Shown here: in pieces, positions 48,601 to 57,430 of the stretch
Numbering within the stretch: position 1 is the stretch's first letter
Layout of the letters: each line of letters begins with the position of its first letter
From: a virus
Virus record (IMG/VR): IMGVR_UViG_3300009545_000018
Coordinates: 51,224-115,223 of that record
Length of the DNA stretch: 64,000 bases
Direction: 5' to 3' (one strand)
Translations under genes and position numbers: made by a program
Notes under the pieces: generated by a model
Databases searched by the model: none
Seen by the model: only the letters and a program-made list of their open reading frames with translations
What the model was told of the DNA's origin: nothing

Positions 48601-50181
48601 TTGATTATGGTATCTAAAAATTTATTTAAGTCTACAGGTTCAGTTAAGAAAGCAATTAAACCAGTTAATGCTGTTAATAATGCGGGCGGTGTGGCTTATA
48701 CTATGGATGATAAGGCTGCCTTAGCGCAACTTGCCATGACTGGTTGTTTTAATGGAACTTATTATGTTGATGCTAAAGATCAACTTAATCAAGTTGTTGC
48801 TCTTGCTAATAAGCTTCCAGTAGAGTTCGTGGCAAAGTTAGCAGTATATGCTCGCCAAGAAGGTTTTATGAAGGATATGCCTGCAGTATTAGCCGCAGTT
48901 GTTGCTAGCAAAGATACTGTTCTTTTATCCAAGATCTTTCCAAAGGTTATTGATAATCCAAAAATGGTTCGTAACTTTGTACAAGTTATTCGTTCTGGAG
49001 TAACAGGCAGAAAAAGTTTGGGAACCCGTCCTAAGAAATTAATTCAAAATTATTTGAATTCATTAACTGATGAGCAGTTGTTTAAGGCTGATGTAGGTAA
49101 TAGCCCTTCATTACAAGATATTATTAAGTTAGCTCGTCCTAAGCCAGCTACTAAGAATCGCTCTGCTTTGTATGGTTATTTGCTAGACAAGGAATATAAT
49201 CCAGAAGACTTATGTTCCTTGGTTCAAGAGTTTGAATCTTTCAAAAAAGAAATGAGTTTGGATATTCCAAATGTTCCATTTCAAATGTTAACAGCTTTGC
49301 CATTAACTGATAAGCATTGGAGCAAGATTGCTGAAAATGCAACCTGGAATCAAACCAGAATGAATTTAAATACTTTTGCTCGTCATAAGGTATTTGAAGA
49401 TGCTACTACTTTAAACCTATTGGCTGAGAGATTAGCTGATTCTTCACAAATTGCAAAAGCAAAGGTATTCCCATATCAATTGTTTGCTGCATTTAAAAAT
49501 GTAACTGCAGATGTTCCTAAGAAATTAACTAATGCTTTACAAAAAGCAGCGGATGCTTCGCTGGAAAATATTCCAGCTATTGAAGGTGAAGTTCACGTTT
49601 TAGTTGATGTATCAGGCAGCATGAGTAGCCCAGTCACTGGTAATCGTGGTTTTGTCACTAGTACTATGCGTTGTATTGATGTAGCAGCCTTAATGGCTTC
49701 TGCATTAATGCGCAAGAATGAAGATACTAAGGTATATCCATTTGATACTAGAGTTCATAATCATTCATTGAATCCAATGGATTCAGTGATGACTAATGCG
49801 GCAACTCTTGCTGCATTTGGTGGTGGAGGAACTGATTGTGGTATGGCGTTAGAGAATTTAAATAAGCAGAAAGCCAAAGGCAATCTTGTTATTTATGTTT
49901 CTGATAATGAGTCTTGGGTAGATACTACTCCTAATTCCTATTATTCTCAAAGAGGTACTAAGGTAATGGAAGAGTGGAATAAATATAAAGCTCGTAATCC
50001 AAAAGCCAAATTGGTTTGTATTGATGTCACTCCTAATAAAACCACTCAAGCTCATAATAGAGAAGATATAATCAACATTGCAGGATTTTCTGATCAAGTA
50101 TTCGATGTTATTGCATTATTCCAAAAATTTGGCAATAATAAAGATCTTTGGGTTCAAACCATTGACTCAGTAGAAATGTAA
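48601..50181 (+). CDS. rsr: Ro60-like TROVE-domain protein with C-terminal vWA (MIDAS) domain (Rsr ortholog)
   Basis: N-terminal TROVE-like region (NAGGVAY...TGCFNGTYY), C-terminal MIDAS VLVDVSGSMS; 526 aa like bacterial Rsr; SD AAAGGAGATTGATTATG. Confidence 0.6.
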   Translation: MIMVSKNLFKSTGSVKKAIKPVNAVNNAGGVAYTMDDKAALAQLAMTGCFNGTYYVDAKDQLNQVVALANKLPVEFVAKLAVYARQEGFMKDMPAVLAAVVASKDTVLLSKIFPKVIDNPKMVRNFVQVIRSGVTGRKSLGTRPKKLIQNYLNSLTDEQLFKADVGNSPSLQDIIKLARPKPATKNRSALYGYLLDKEYNPEDLCSLVQEFESFKKEMSLDIPNVPFQMLTALPLTDKHWSKIAENATWNQTRMNLNTFARHKVFEDATTLNLLAERLADSSQIAKAKVFPYQLFAAFKNVTADVPKKLTNALQKAADASLENIPAIEGEVHVLVDVSGSMSSPVTGNRGFVTSTMRCIDVAALMASALMRKNEDTKVYPFDTRVHNHSLNPMDSVMTNAATLAAFGGGGTDCGMALENLNKQKAKGNLVIYVSDNESWVDTTPNSYYSQRGTKVMEEWNKYKARNPKAKLVCIDVTPNKTTQAHNREDIINIAGFSDQVFDVIALFQKFGNNKDLWVQTIDSVEM

Positions 50182-50189
50182 GCAGGTAT

Positions 50190-50510
50190 ATGCAAATGAA
50201 AATTGTTGAGCATAGATTTGGAAAATATACAGCTCATGAGCCGCAAGAATGTTATTTTGCCGTAGTGGAACCAAATATGGAAGATTATCCGCCCGTACTT
50301 ATTTTTATTTCAGATAAAGAGACTTGGGATAAAAATAAATATACTGGGGATGTTAAGTTTGAAGACGGAATTCTTCCAGAAGAATTTGTGGAGTGGGTAG
50401 AGTCTGTTTATGAATCAAATTCTACGTCGCAAGAAATAAAAGAGGCTTTACTAAAAGTAGGCTTTACTTATTGTCAAGAGATGGAGTCTTGTATAGAAGA
50501 GTATAATTAA
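50190..50510 (+). CDS. hypothetical protein; paralog of 51908-52213
   Basis: Shared ECYF...EDYP..VLI...WDKN blocks. Confidence 0.5.
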   Translation: MQMKIVEHRFGKYTAHEPQECYFAVVEPNMEDYPPVLIFISDKETWDKNKYTGDVKFEDGILPEEFVEWVESVYESNSTSQEIKEALLKVGFTYCQEMESCIEEYN

Positions 50511-50514
50511 ACTA

Positions 50515-50838
50515 ATGAAAACCATGTTGTTTGAAAAAACTATTAATTTAGTTAAAACTTTAAGAGAAACATTCACAACTCGATGTTTACATAATCAAAA
50601 ATTGCCCCTTTTTAGTTGGTTACATAGAAATTCTAGTAACTTTTCGAATGAAGAGTTTGAAGAGTTTTGGAAATTTTTAGTAATTTTATTTAAATATAAA
50701 TATAAGGATATGAGCTTATTTTATGAAGCAGGAGAGTCTCCATTAGAAATGTTTGATTTTAGAGCAAACAAAGATCAAATCAATGACTTTATTTCTTTAT
50801 TAGAAAATAAAATTAATAAATTGAAAGCTTTTATTTAA
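50515..50838 (+). CDS. small protein, KLKAF-tail family (KINKLKAFI); paralog of 52210-52497
   Basis: Identical tail KINKLKAFI. Confidence 0.55.
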   Translation: MKTMLFEKTINLVKTLRETFTTRCLHNQKLPLFSWLHRNSSNFSNEEFEEFWKFLVILFKYKYKDMSLFYEAGESPLEMFDFRANKDQINDFISLLENKINKLKAFI

Positions 50839-51674
50839 TGATTAAAAGAAATGGTATTGAAATTAAGACTGCCCAAGCTCCAAATATAGTAGCAGCAAAA
50901 GATACTTTAAATATTCTTAAGAATAAAAATTATCTTGTTAAAGATAAGATCATAGATATTTCAGTGGCATTAGATAATTCAATTAAAAATACTAAGTTAT
51001 ATTTGCCAGAAGATTGTTTTAATAGTAAAAATAATTTAATTAAACCTACTATAGAGGTAACAAATGAAACTACTACCTCTGCTGGGTTAAGATTATTAAA
51101 TAGTGGTTTAGAAAATATTGTAGCTTTGAATTTTGCCTCAGCTAGAAATGTTGGGGGCGGATTTTTAGCGGGGGCAGTTGCCCAAGAAGAAGATTTGTGT
51201 CGGTGTTCTGGATTATATCTTTGTATTAAAAGCAAACCTATCTTTTATAATAAAAACATTTTATGTGATGATACTTTCTATACTAATCATATTATTTACT
51301 CACCCAATGTTCCTTTCTTTCGTAATGATAATCTAGATCTTTTAGAAGAGATATTCCACATTTCTATTATTTCTGCGCCCGCACCTAATGTTAGAGCTAT
51401 GGAGAATGTTGATGAAGATAATTTAAGAAGCATATTAGAAATAAGGGCAGCTAGAATTTTACAGATTGCTATTGAAAATAATCATGAAAATATTATCTTA
51501 GGAGCTTGGGGCTGTGGTGCTTTTGGTAATGATTCTAAAATGATAATTGAGGTTTTTCAAAAGGTATTAAATAGATATCCTCATTTCAAACATGTTTGTT
51601 TTGCCGTCTTTGATAATAAAATAAATGCCCCTATTTTCAATGCATTTAAAGAAGCATTTGAAAATAATGAATGA
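50838..51674 (+). CDS. bacterial-type poly(ADP-ribose) glycohydrolase (macrodomain, DUF2263-like)
   Basis: PARG signature GGG-x7-QEE (VGGGFLAGAVAQEE) in a macrodomain-sized protein. Confidence 0.65.
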   Translation: MIKRNGIEIKTAQAPNIVAAKDTLNILKNKNYLVKDKIIDISVALDNSIKNTKLYLPEDCFNSKNNLIKPTIEVTNETTTSAGLRLLNSGLENIVALNFASARNVGGGFLAGAVAQEEDLCRCSGLYLCIKSKPIFYNKNILCDDTFYTNHIIYSPNVPFFRNDNLDLLEEIFHISIISAPAPNVRAMENVDEDNLRSILEIRAARILQIAIENNHENIILGAWGCGAFGNDSKMIIEVFQKVLNRYPHFKHVCFAVFDNKINAPIFNAFKEAFENNE

Positions 51675-51894
51675 TTTTAAAGTTGGAGATTTTGTTAAAT
51701 TGGCACTTGTAGCTAAAGATGTTATGCCTTTAAATTATTCTCTGTATCAATTTAGTATTGGTAAAATTACTCATATACAATATCATGTGATACAACAATG
51801 TAATTATATATCAGTGTGTTGGTCTAATGACACCAGAACTTATGTTTATATGGATAAACATTTAGTTAAAACAAATTTAAAAGCTTTCGTGTAA
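51667..51894 (+). CDS. small protein, KLKAF-tail family variant (NLKAFV)
   Basis: Start set at the ATG overlapping the PARG stop (ATGAATGA); the track start lies inside PARG. Confidence 0.5.
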   Translation: MNDFKVGDFVKLALVAKDVMPLNYSLYQFSIGKITHIQYHVIQQCNYISVCWSNDTRTYVYMDKHLVKTNLKAFV

Positions 51895-51907
51895 AGGAAA
51901 TATTAAA

Positions 51908-52213
51908 ATGAAAATAGAAAATGATACAGAAATATATGTTCCAAATGAATGTTACTTTGGAATTGATGAAAGTGAAGATTATCCAACGACCGTTCTTATT
52001 GTGAATAAAGATTATTGGGATAAAAATCAATGTACCAACGAATCTATTGGAGATCAATCGTTTGAATCAACTATTATTCCAAATGATTTTTATAATGTTA
52101 TGGAAGCCACTTGGGAAACCCAAATGCCTATGGAAAAAGCCAAACTAATTTTAGAGAAATCTGGTTTTACTTTTAATAAATCATTATCTGAGTTTGTAGC
52201 AGATTATGTATGA
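51908..52213 (+). CDS. hypothetical protein; paralog of 50190-50510
   Basis: SD AAGGAAATATTAAAATG. Confidence 0.5.
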   Translation: MKIENDTEIYVPNECYFGIDESEDYPTTVLIVNKDYWDKNQCTNESIGDQSFESTIIPNDFYNVMEATWETQMPMEKAKLILEKSGFTFNKSLSEFVADYV

Positions 52214-52497
52214 TACCACAAGAATTTCATAATAAAGCCATAGAAATACTTACAAAATGGAGGAAAACTCCTTGTATGTATGCTTCTGATTATGAAGCTT
52301 GGATGACTATGGTTCTTGCAATTATGGAATTTGTTGATGTAAGAAATGAATCTCCTGGATTTTTTAAAAAACATATAGGTACTTATGGTAATTCATATCT
52401 AAATTTAGATAAGAAATTAGATGATGAATGGGCTCATAAAGTTATAGATGAAGCAATTAATATTATTAAAATAAATAAATTAAAAGCTTTTATTTAA
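52210..52497 (+). CDS. small protein, KLKAF-tail family (KINKLKAFI)
   Basis: ORF track. Confidence 0.55.
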   Translation: MIPQEFHNKAIEILTKWRKTPCMYASDYEAWMTMVLAIMEFVDVRNESPGFFKKHIGTYGNSYLNLDKKLDDEWAHKVIDEAINIIKINKLKAFI

Positions 52498-52557
52498 ATT
52501 TATTTTAAATAACTGAAGATATATTTTTTCTTGCACTTCATTGGCAAGAGGATATTT

Positions 52558-53247
52558 ATGACAAAAGAAAATTATACATTAGTAGGCGTAGTAATAGATC
52601 GTAGCGGGTCTATGAGTTCATTAGTTTCTGATACAATTGGTGGATTTAATTCCCTTTTAAAAGAACAAAAAAACGAGCCTGGACAAGCTTCTGTTAGTTT
52701 ATGTTTATTTAGTACAGATTATAAACTTACTCATTATGATGATATTAATCAGGTTGAAGAATTAAATGAAATTTCTTATAGACCAGGTGGTGGTACTGCA
52801 CTATTAGATGCTTTGGGTACTACAATTGATGAGATTGGAGTTAGATTAGCTGCTAAAAATGAAGAAGATAGACCATCTAAAGTAATTATTATAGTGATTA
52901 CTGATGGTCAGGAAAATTCATCTAGAAAATATTCTAAAAATAAAATTAAAGAAATGATTTCTCACCAAGAAGAAAAATATAATTGGTCATTTACTTTTAT
53001 TGGCGCCAATATGGATGCAGTTAGTGCTGGCGACTCTATTGGGTTTTCTGCCAATAATTCTTATAATTATTCCGCTTCCGCTGGTGGGACTCAAAAAGTA
53101 TATGCTACCATGAATAATTCTTTAAAAAGAGCTAGAGTTATGGGAAGTGGCATGAAATCTAATGAATCCTTATTTACTCCAGAAGAGGCGCAAAGCTTAT
53201 TAGATTCTGATAAAAAGGTGAAAGATAATGCAGAAAATAAGTCATAA
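52558..53247 (+). CDS. vWA-domain protein (MIDAS DRSGSMSS)
   Basis: Start at MTKEN with SD AAGAGGATATTTATG; MIDAS motif plus TDGQEN. Confidence 0.6.
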   Translation: MTKENYTLVGVVIDRSGSMSSLVSDTIGGFNSLLKEQKNEPGQASVSLCLFSTDYKLTHYDDINQVEELNEISYRPGGGTALLDALGTTIDEIGVRLAAKNEEDRPSKVIIIVITDGQENSSRKYSKNKIKEMISHQEEKYNWSFTFIGANMDAVSAGDSIGFSANNSYNYSASAGGTQKVYATMNNSLKRARVMGSGMKSNESLFTPEEAQSLLDSDKKVKDNAENKS

Positions 53248-53719
53248 AATATTAGTGCTATTTCTGTTGTGCTTTGGATGTTCTTCTGTAACTTCTACTA
53301 TAAAAGATCCTGTAACTACCAAACATTCTTTACAAGTAGATCGAATATTAAATAATCCAGAAGCACCACACCTGGCAGACCCTTCTTCAGAAGCAGAAAG
53401 AATTTGTATAAAACAAGGTGGCAGAATTATAGGTCTAAATCATAGTTCTTTTAATTGTCAATTAGATAATGAAACTATTTTTTCTTATTATATAATACCC
53501 ATTTCTTCAGATGAAAGTAAGATTGTTGGAATGCGAGTTTTCTTTCATCATGATAATGGTTCTTTATTACAACTTGCCACCCAAAAATTTGGACAACCTA
53601 CTTTATGGAAAGATAATGTTGCTTCTTGGTATAATGAAAATAATGGAGTAGTTATGTCTATAGAATCTCATGATAAAATCACTATTATCAGTTTTTATAT
53701 TGCAGCGGCATTTATGTAA
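53228..53719 (+). CDS. lipoprotein
   Basis: Lipobox LCFGCSS. Confidence 0.5.
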   Translation: MQKISHKILVLFLLCFGCSSVTSTIKDPVTTKHSLQVDRILNNPEAPHLADPSSEAERICIKQGGRIIGLNHSSFNCQLDNETIFSYYIIPISSDESKIVGMRVFFHHDNGSLLQLATQKFGQPTLWKDNVASWYNENNGVVMSIESHDKITIISFYIAAAFM

Positions 53720-53916
53720 TGACAAGTGAAAAATGGGTCGCCGGAGAAAATAGTATTTTTTGGTTTCTGCCAGGAACCGATCTGTTACATCGTATAGATG
53801 GTCCAGCTATAGAATATTCTCATGGTGTTAATTATTGGTACTATAATGGCATTCAAATTGACTGTCAATCTCAAGAAGAGTTCAATCGTAAAATTAAACT
53901 CTTAGCATTTTTATAG
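53719..53916 (+). CDS. MORN-like repeat mini-protein with family tail (KLLAFL)
   Basis: HRIDGPA and WYYNG repeat elements as in 16230-16568. Confidence 0.5.
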   Translation: MTSEKWVAGENSIFWFLPGTDLLHRIDGPAIEYSHGVNYWYYNGIQIDCQSQEEFNRKIKLLAFL

Positions 53917-53924
53917 GGGTTTAT

Positions 53925-54644
53925 ATGGATCCAAAATGGAAAAATCCTGATTTATCATTAGGTGAGCGATGTGTAGCTTTTGCAGAAAATGAAATGAATA
54001 ATGGAGTAAAAGAAGATAAACCTAATTCTTTTACTTCGCCCCGATTAAGAGAATACTTTGCCATTTGCACTCGTTTAGTTAATGGTAAAGAAGTTTCTAT
54101 GAAAAGCTTTACTGCTGGTAATTGGTGTGCCGCTGGCGTCTCTTTTTGTTTACATGAAAGTCTATTACTTAATGAAATGGCGCCTCATGGTTATCGTTTA
54201 GGTGTAGTTGAATTAGTAGCAGATATGCAACACAATAAAACTTATTTTACTATTGATGAGGTTCGCAAAGGACTATATACTCTTAAAGTTGGCGATATTA
54301 TTATTTTTGATAGAAGCAATCCTAATAAACCAGAAACTCAATGGTTTCGTCATGTTGGAAGAATTTATAGTGTAGATGGTTTGGATTCTTTTAAATGTAT
54401 CTCTGGTAATTCTGGGGGACAATGGAGAATTAGTTCTCATAATTTATCTCAAACTAATTTGTTAGGGTTTGGTTATTATCCAGAAAAAGCGGCTCCTACA
54501 ACAGTAAATCCAGTTCAACCAAGACAACCATTATCATTTGATAATGTTGATATTTTATCTCTTGCCCCCTTAGAAGATTCTGGTAAATTTATTTCTCAAG
54601 GGTTTTTTGATAAATTTTTTAATTTGTTTGGAAATAAATCATGA
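53925..54644 (+). CDS. putative CHAP / NlpC-P60-like cysteine peptidase (possible cell-wall hydrolase)
   Basis: Cys (GNWCAAGVSFC) and downstream His (WFRHVGRIY) spacing resembling papain-like amidases; weak. Confidence 0.35.
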   Translation: MDPKWKNPDLSLGERCVAFAENEMNNGVKEDKPNSFTSPRLREYFAICTRLVNGKEVSMKSFTAGNWCAAGVSFCLHESLLLNEMAPHGYRLGVVELVADMQHNKTYFTIDEVRKGLYTLKVGDIIIFDRSNPNKPETQWFRHVGRIYSVDGLDSFKCISGNSGGQWRISSHNLSQTNLLGFGYYPEKAAPTTVNPVQPRQPLSFDNVDILSLAPLEDSGKFISQGFFDKFFNLFGNKS

Positions 54645-54937
54645 TTGATATTGAAGATATGGTTGAGCAATTGTATCAAGCTTCTTTAGATCAAACAAAT
54701 GTTTCTAAAGAAAAAATGCGTTTAATATTAAATTTAGCATTACAAAAGCAATGTAATAATAATTTAGATATTATTTATAAATATCTAAATCAATGGAGCG
54801 CAACTAAAGTATTAGGCTCTGAAGATAATGATCCGACCTCAAGATTAATTAAATTATTGTTCAGTTTAATCACTGATGATATTAATGATGAAGTTAAAGA
54901 ATATGGAAAGCTATCTGTTAATTATAATATAAAATAA
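54641..54937 (+). CDS. hypothetical protein
   Basis: ORF track. Confidence 0.45.
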   Translation: MIDIEDMVEQLYQASLDQTNVSKEKMRLILNLALQKQCNNNLDIIYKYLNQWSATKVLGSEDNDPTSRLIKLLFSLITDDINDEVKEYGKLSVNYNIK

Positions 54938-54944
54938 TATTGCG

Positions 54945-55244
54945 ATGGATCAAAAAGATTTAATAATACAAGAATTACATAATATCATTTATAAATATGG
55001 CGTCAAAGCTTTAATGGAATTTGAGTCTAGGTTTCCGTGTGATCAATTAAGTTGTGTTAAAGTTCCATATAATCATATTCCTAACAATTCAAAATTCATA
55101 GAGAGAAATTTTGGATATGGAATTTTTGTTTGGCAAGGAATTTCTTATAATGATGCATATTTATTTAGAATTCAATCATATGAGAAATTTTGGATCGATT
55201 GGAATCAATTTAAACGTTATCTAGAATTATTAGCATTTACATGA
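54945..55244 (+). CDS. small protein, KLKAF-tail family variant (ELLAFT)
   Basis: ORF track. Confidence 0.5.
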   Translation: MDQKDLIIQELHNIIYKYGVKALMEFESRFPCDQLSCVKVPYNHIPNNSKFIERNFGYGIFVWQGISYNDAYLFRIQSYEKFWIDWNQFKRYLELLAFT

Positions 55245-55603
55245 AGACTAAAAAAGATATTGCAGATTTACTTCGACCTATGCTTGAAAAATATGGAAGA
55301 GAATATCTTGTTAATTTTAACTTATTGATTAATAACGTTACTTGGGACGGCACTCTTAGTGAGTATGTTTCTATTCCTTTTAATAACATAAGTGAACACA
55401 GAGTTAATTGTAGTTCTTTTTTAGAGCTTAAACAACATATTAATAATTTAGAGATGAAAAGAACTTGGGGAAATTCGTGGACATATATTGAAGTTCCATC
55501 TGATTGTAATGATTTTTTTCATCTTAGAATTGATGGTGTTGAAAATTTTTACATTAAGTGGGAAAAATATCAAAGATACTTAAATTTGAAAGCTTTTATA
55601 TAA
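55241..55603 (+). CDS. small protein, KLKAF-tail family (NLKAFI)
   Basis: ORF track. Confidence 0.5.
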   Translation: MKTKKDIADLLRPMLEKYGREYLVNFNLLINNVTWDGTLSEYVSIPFNNISEHRVNCSSFLELKQHINNLEMKRTWGNSWTYIEVPSDCNDFFHLRIDGVENFYIKWEKYQRYLNLKAFI

Positions 55604-55947
55604 TGACAACAGAAGAAGATTTTAGAAAAAGTTTATCTTGTATTATTGAAAAATTTGGTCCAGAACATTTTAGTGTTATTTTAACAATTGCACAAAATTC
55701 AAGCTTTTATTTTAAAAGTAAAAATATGTTATTAATACCATTTAAATCTAATTCTTCGTTTAAAAGAGTAAATGTTAAATATGAGGAGTGTGCCGCTGTT
55801 GTATGGAAAAATTATGCTAATCATAAATATTTTCCATTTCCTCCAGATTGTGATGATTGGTATTGTATGCTTGGTGATTCTTTTGAAAGTATACTAACTC
55901 TGTATAATGTTGGTAGCAAAATGATAAAAATGAAAGCTTTTATATAA
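55604..55947 (+). CDS. small protein, KLKAF-tail family (KMKAFI)
   Basis: Start at the ATG following the upstream TAA (TAATG); the track start is inside the previous gene. Confidence 0.5.
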
Positions 55948-56441
55948 TGACAATTGGAATATTTGCTGGCAGTTTTGATCCTATTACTTTAGGGCATTTA
56001 GATATTATAAATCGTAGTTTAACTTTTTTAGATAAATTAATAGTGTTAATAGCAGTTAACCCAAATAAGAAAACCACTTTCTCTTTAAATAAAAGAAAAT
56101 CTTTAATTATAGAGAGTCTTTTCGAAACATCAACGAGATCTGCAGATGTTATAGTGGATTCATATGATGGATTGGTTGTTAATTATGCTAAGTTACATGG
56201 AGCTTCAGTTTTGATTAGAGGTGTTCGTACCTCAACAGATTTTGAATATGAAACTAATTTAGCTAATGGTAATAGATTATTAGCACCAGAGATTGAAACT
56301 GTCTTTATACCAACTCGTCCAGAATTATCTGTAGTATCTTCTTCCATGGCTAAAGAAATTAATAAATGGAATGGTGATGTATCTAAATTAGTTACAGTTA
56401 AAGTTAAAAATGCTCTGAATGAAATTGTGAGTTTAAAATGA
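55947..56441 (+). CDS. coaD: phosphopantetheine adenylyltransferase
   Basis: N-terminal GIFAGSFDPITLGHLDII (T/HxGH nucleotidyltransferase motif of CoaD), about 160 aa. Confidence 0.85.
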   Translation: MTIGIFAGSFDPITLGHLDIINRSLTFLDKLIVLIAVNPNKKTTFSLNKRKSLIIESLFETSTRSADVIVDSYDGLVVNYAKLHGASVLIRGVRTSTDFEYETNLANGNRLLAPEIETVFIPTRPELSVVSSSMAKEINKWNGDVSKLVTVKVKNALNEIVSLK

Positions 56442-56689
56442 AAGTTAAAGAATTTAATAAAAGAGATAAAGCTATAGGTACTTTAGTACATACCACAGAG
56501 TATATTTATAGTGTTATTTACCCTTTCTTCCAACCAGGTTTTTGTGAAGGCGTAATTGATCTTATTAAAGATACTAAGTATGTACATATAATTGTTGATA
56601 ATAATTTATCTAAAAATAAAATCGAAGCTATTGTTGAATCTGATTTTCAAGAAGAAAAAGAATATATTGTAATTGAAACCGCCGATTAA
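56438..56689 (+). CDS. hypothetical protein
   Basis: ORF track. Confidence 0.45.
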   Translation: MKVKEFNKRDKAIGTLVHTTEYIYSVIYPFFQPGFCEGVIDLIKDTKYVHIIVDNNLSKNKIEAIVESDFQEEKEYIVIETAD

Positions 56690-56718
56690 TTTATTTTTTA
56701 AAATAACGGGCGTTGACA

Positions 56719-56747
56719 ACAAGTAAGTCGGAGTTATAATATGCCTT
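56719..56747 (+). promoter_or_regulatory. sigma70-consensus promoter TTGACA-N16-TATAAT
   Basis: Exact -35 and -10 hexamers with 16-nt spacer immediately upstream of a GTG-start ORF at 56748. Confidence 0.5.
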
Positions 56748-56936
56748 GTGCTAAGCAATGATGATTTATTGGGATTAGAGGAATCAGTAGCTATTAAGTT
56801 ATTAAAAGATTCTAATAGTTCTTTTAGAATTACTAAGAGAGATAATCAGCATTATATTGTAACTCGAGACTTTAAACCAGAAAGATTTAATTTAGAAATT
56901 AAAGATGCTTTAATTGTTAAAGTAACAAAAGGATAA
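56748..56936 (+). CDS. hypothetical small protein (GTG start)
   Basis: ORF track; would be nearly leaderless relative to the promoter. Confidence 0.35.
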   Translation: MLSNDDLLGLEESVAIKLLKDSNSSFRITKRDNQHYIVTRDFKPERFNLEIKDALIVKVTKG

Positions 56937-56989
56937 AAATCTAGGAATAACATGATATAAATAATACGTATTTGTTATTTTAAGTTTAT

Positions 56990-57079
56990 GGGGAAGTAGC
57001 TCAGCCGGCCAGAGCGCTTTACTGTTTTATAAAACGAATAGTGAAGAGGTCGATGGTTCAAATCCATCCTTCCCCACCA
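56990..57079 (+). tRNA. tRNA-like gene (90 nt, CCA encoded) with canonical acceptor, D and T arms but a 20-nt anticodon loop
   Basis: GGGGAAG/CTTCCCC acceptor, D arm GCTC-AGCCGGCCA-GAGC, T arm GATGG-TTCAAAT-CCATC, variable AGGTC; anticodon stem CTTTA/TGAAG enclosing CTGTTTTATAAAACGAATAG. Confidence 0.5.
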
Positions 57080-57156
57080 TGAATCAAATGCAGATAAGAT
57101 TACATTTAACAGTTAATTAAAAAAGCATCTTATCAATAATTTGTTGATTCATTTAA

Positions 57157-57240
57157 TGCCGTAGTTGGACAGTGTGGTGAGTCCAAGACGCTGTAAACGT
57201 CCCGGTAAACTTTGTAGGTTCGATTCCTACCTGCGGCACC
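57157..57240 (+). tRNA. tRNA-Tyr (anticodon GUA), long variable region, CCA encoded
   Basis: Acceptor GCCGTAG/CTGCGGC, D arm GGAC...GTCC, anticodon loop CTGTAAA, T arm GTAGG-TTCGATT-CCTAC. Confidence 0.65.
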
Positions 57241-57294
57241 AAAAGATAAAGCAAAGTAATTTGCCTTGTTATTTGACAACTTAATAGTTATGTA

Positions 57295-57369
57295 TTGGGT
57301 AGTAATGTCAACCTGGTAGACGCCTCCGTTTGGATCGGAGAAGTTGCGAGTTCAAATCCCGCCTACCCA
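57295..57369 (+). tRNA. tRNA-Pro (anticodon UGG)
   Basis: Acceptor TGGGTAG/CTACCCA, anticodon stem CTCCG/CGGAG with loop TTTGGAT, T loop TTCAAAT; one extra nt at the acceptor/D junction; no encoded CCA. Confidence 0.55.
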
Positions 57370-57430
57370 ACAAATATAAATGATTTCATATAGTTAGCAA
57401 AGCCAAAGTATTTGGTCAACAAAGTATGGT

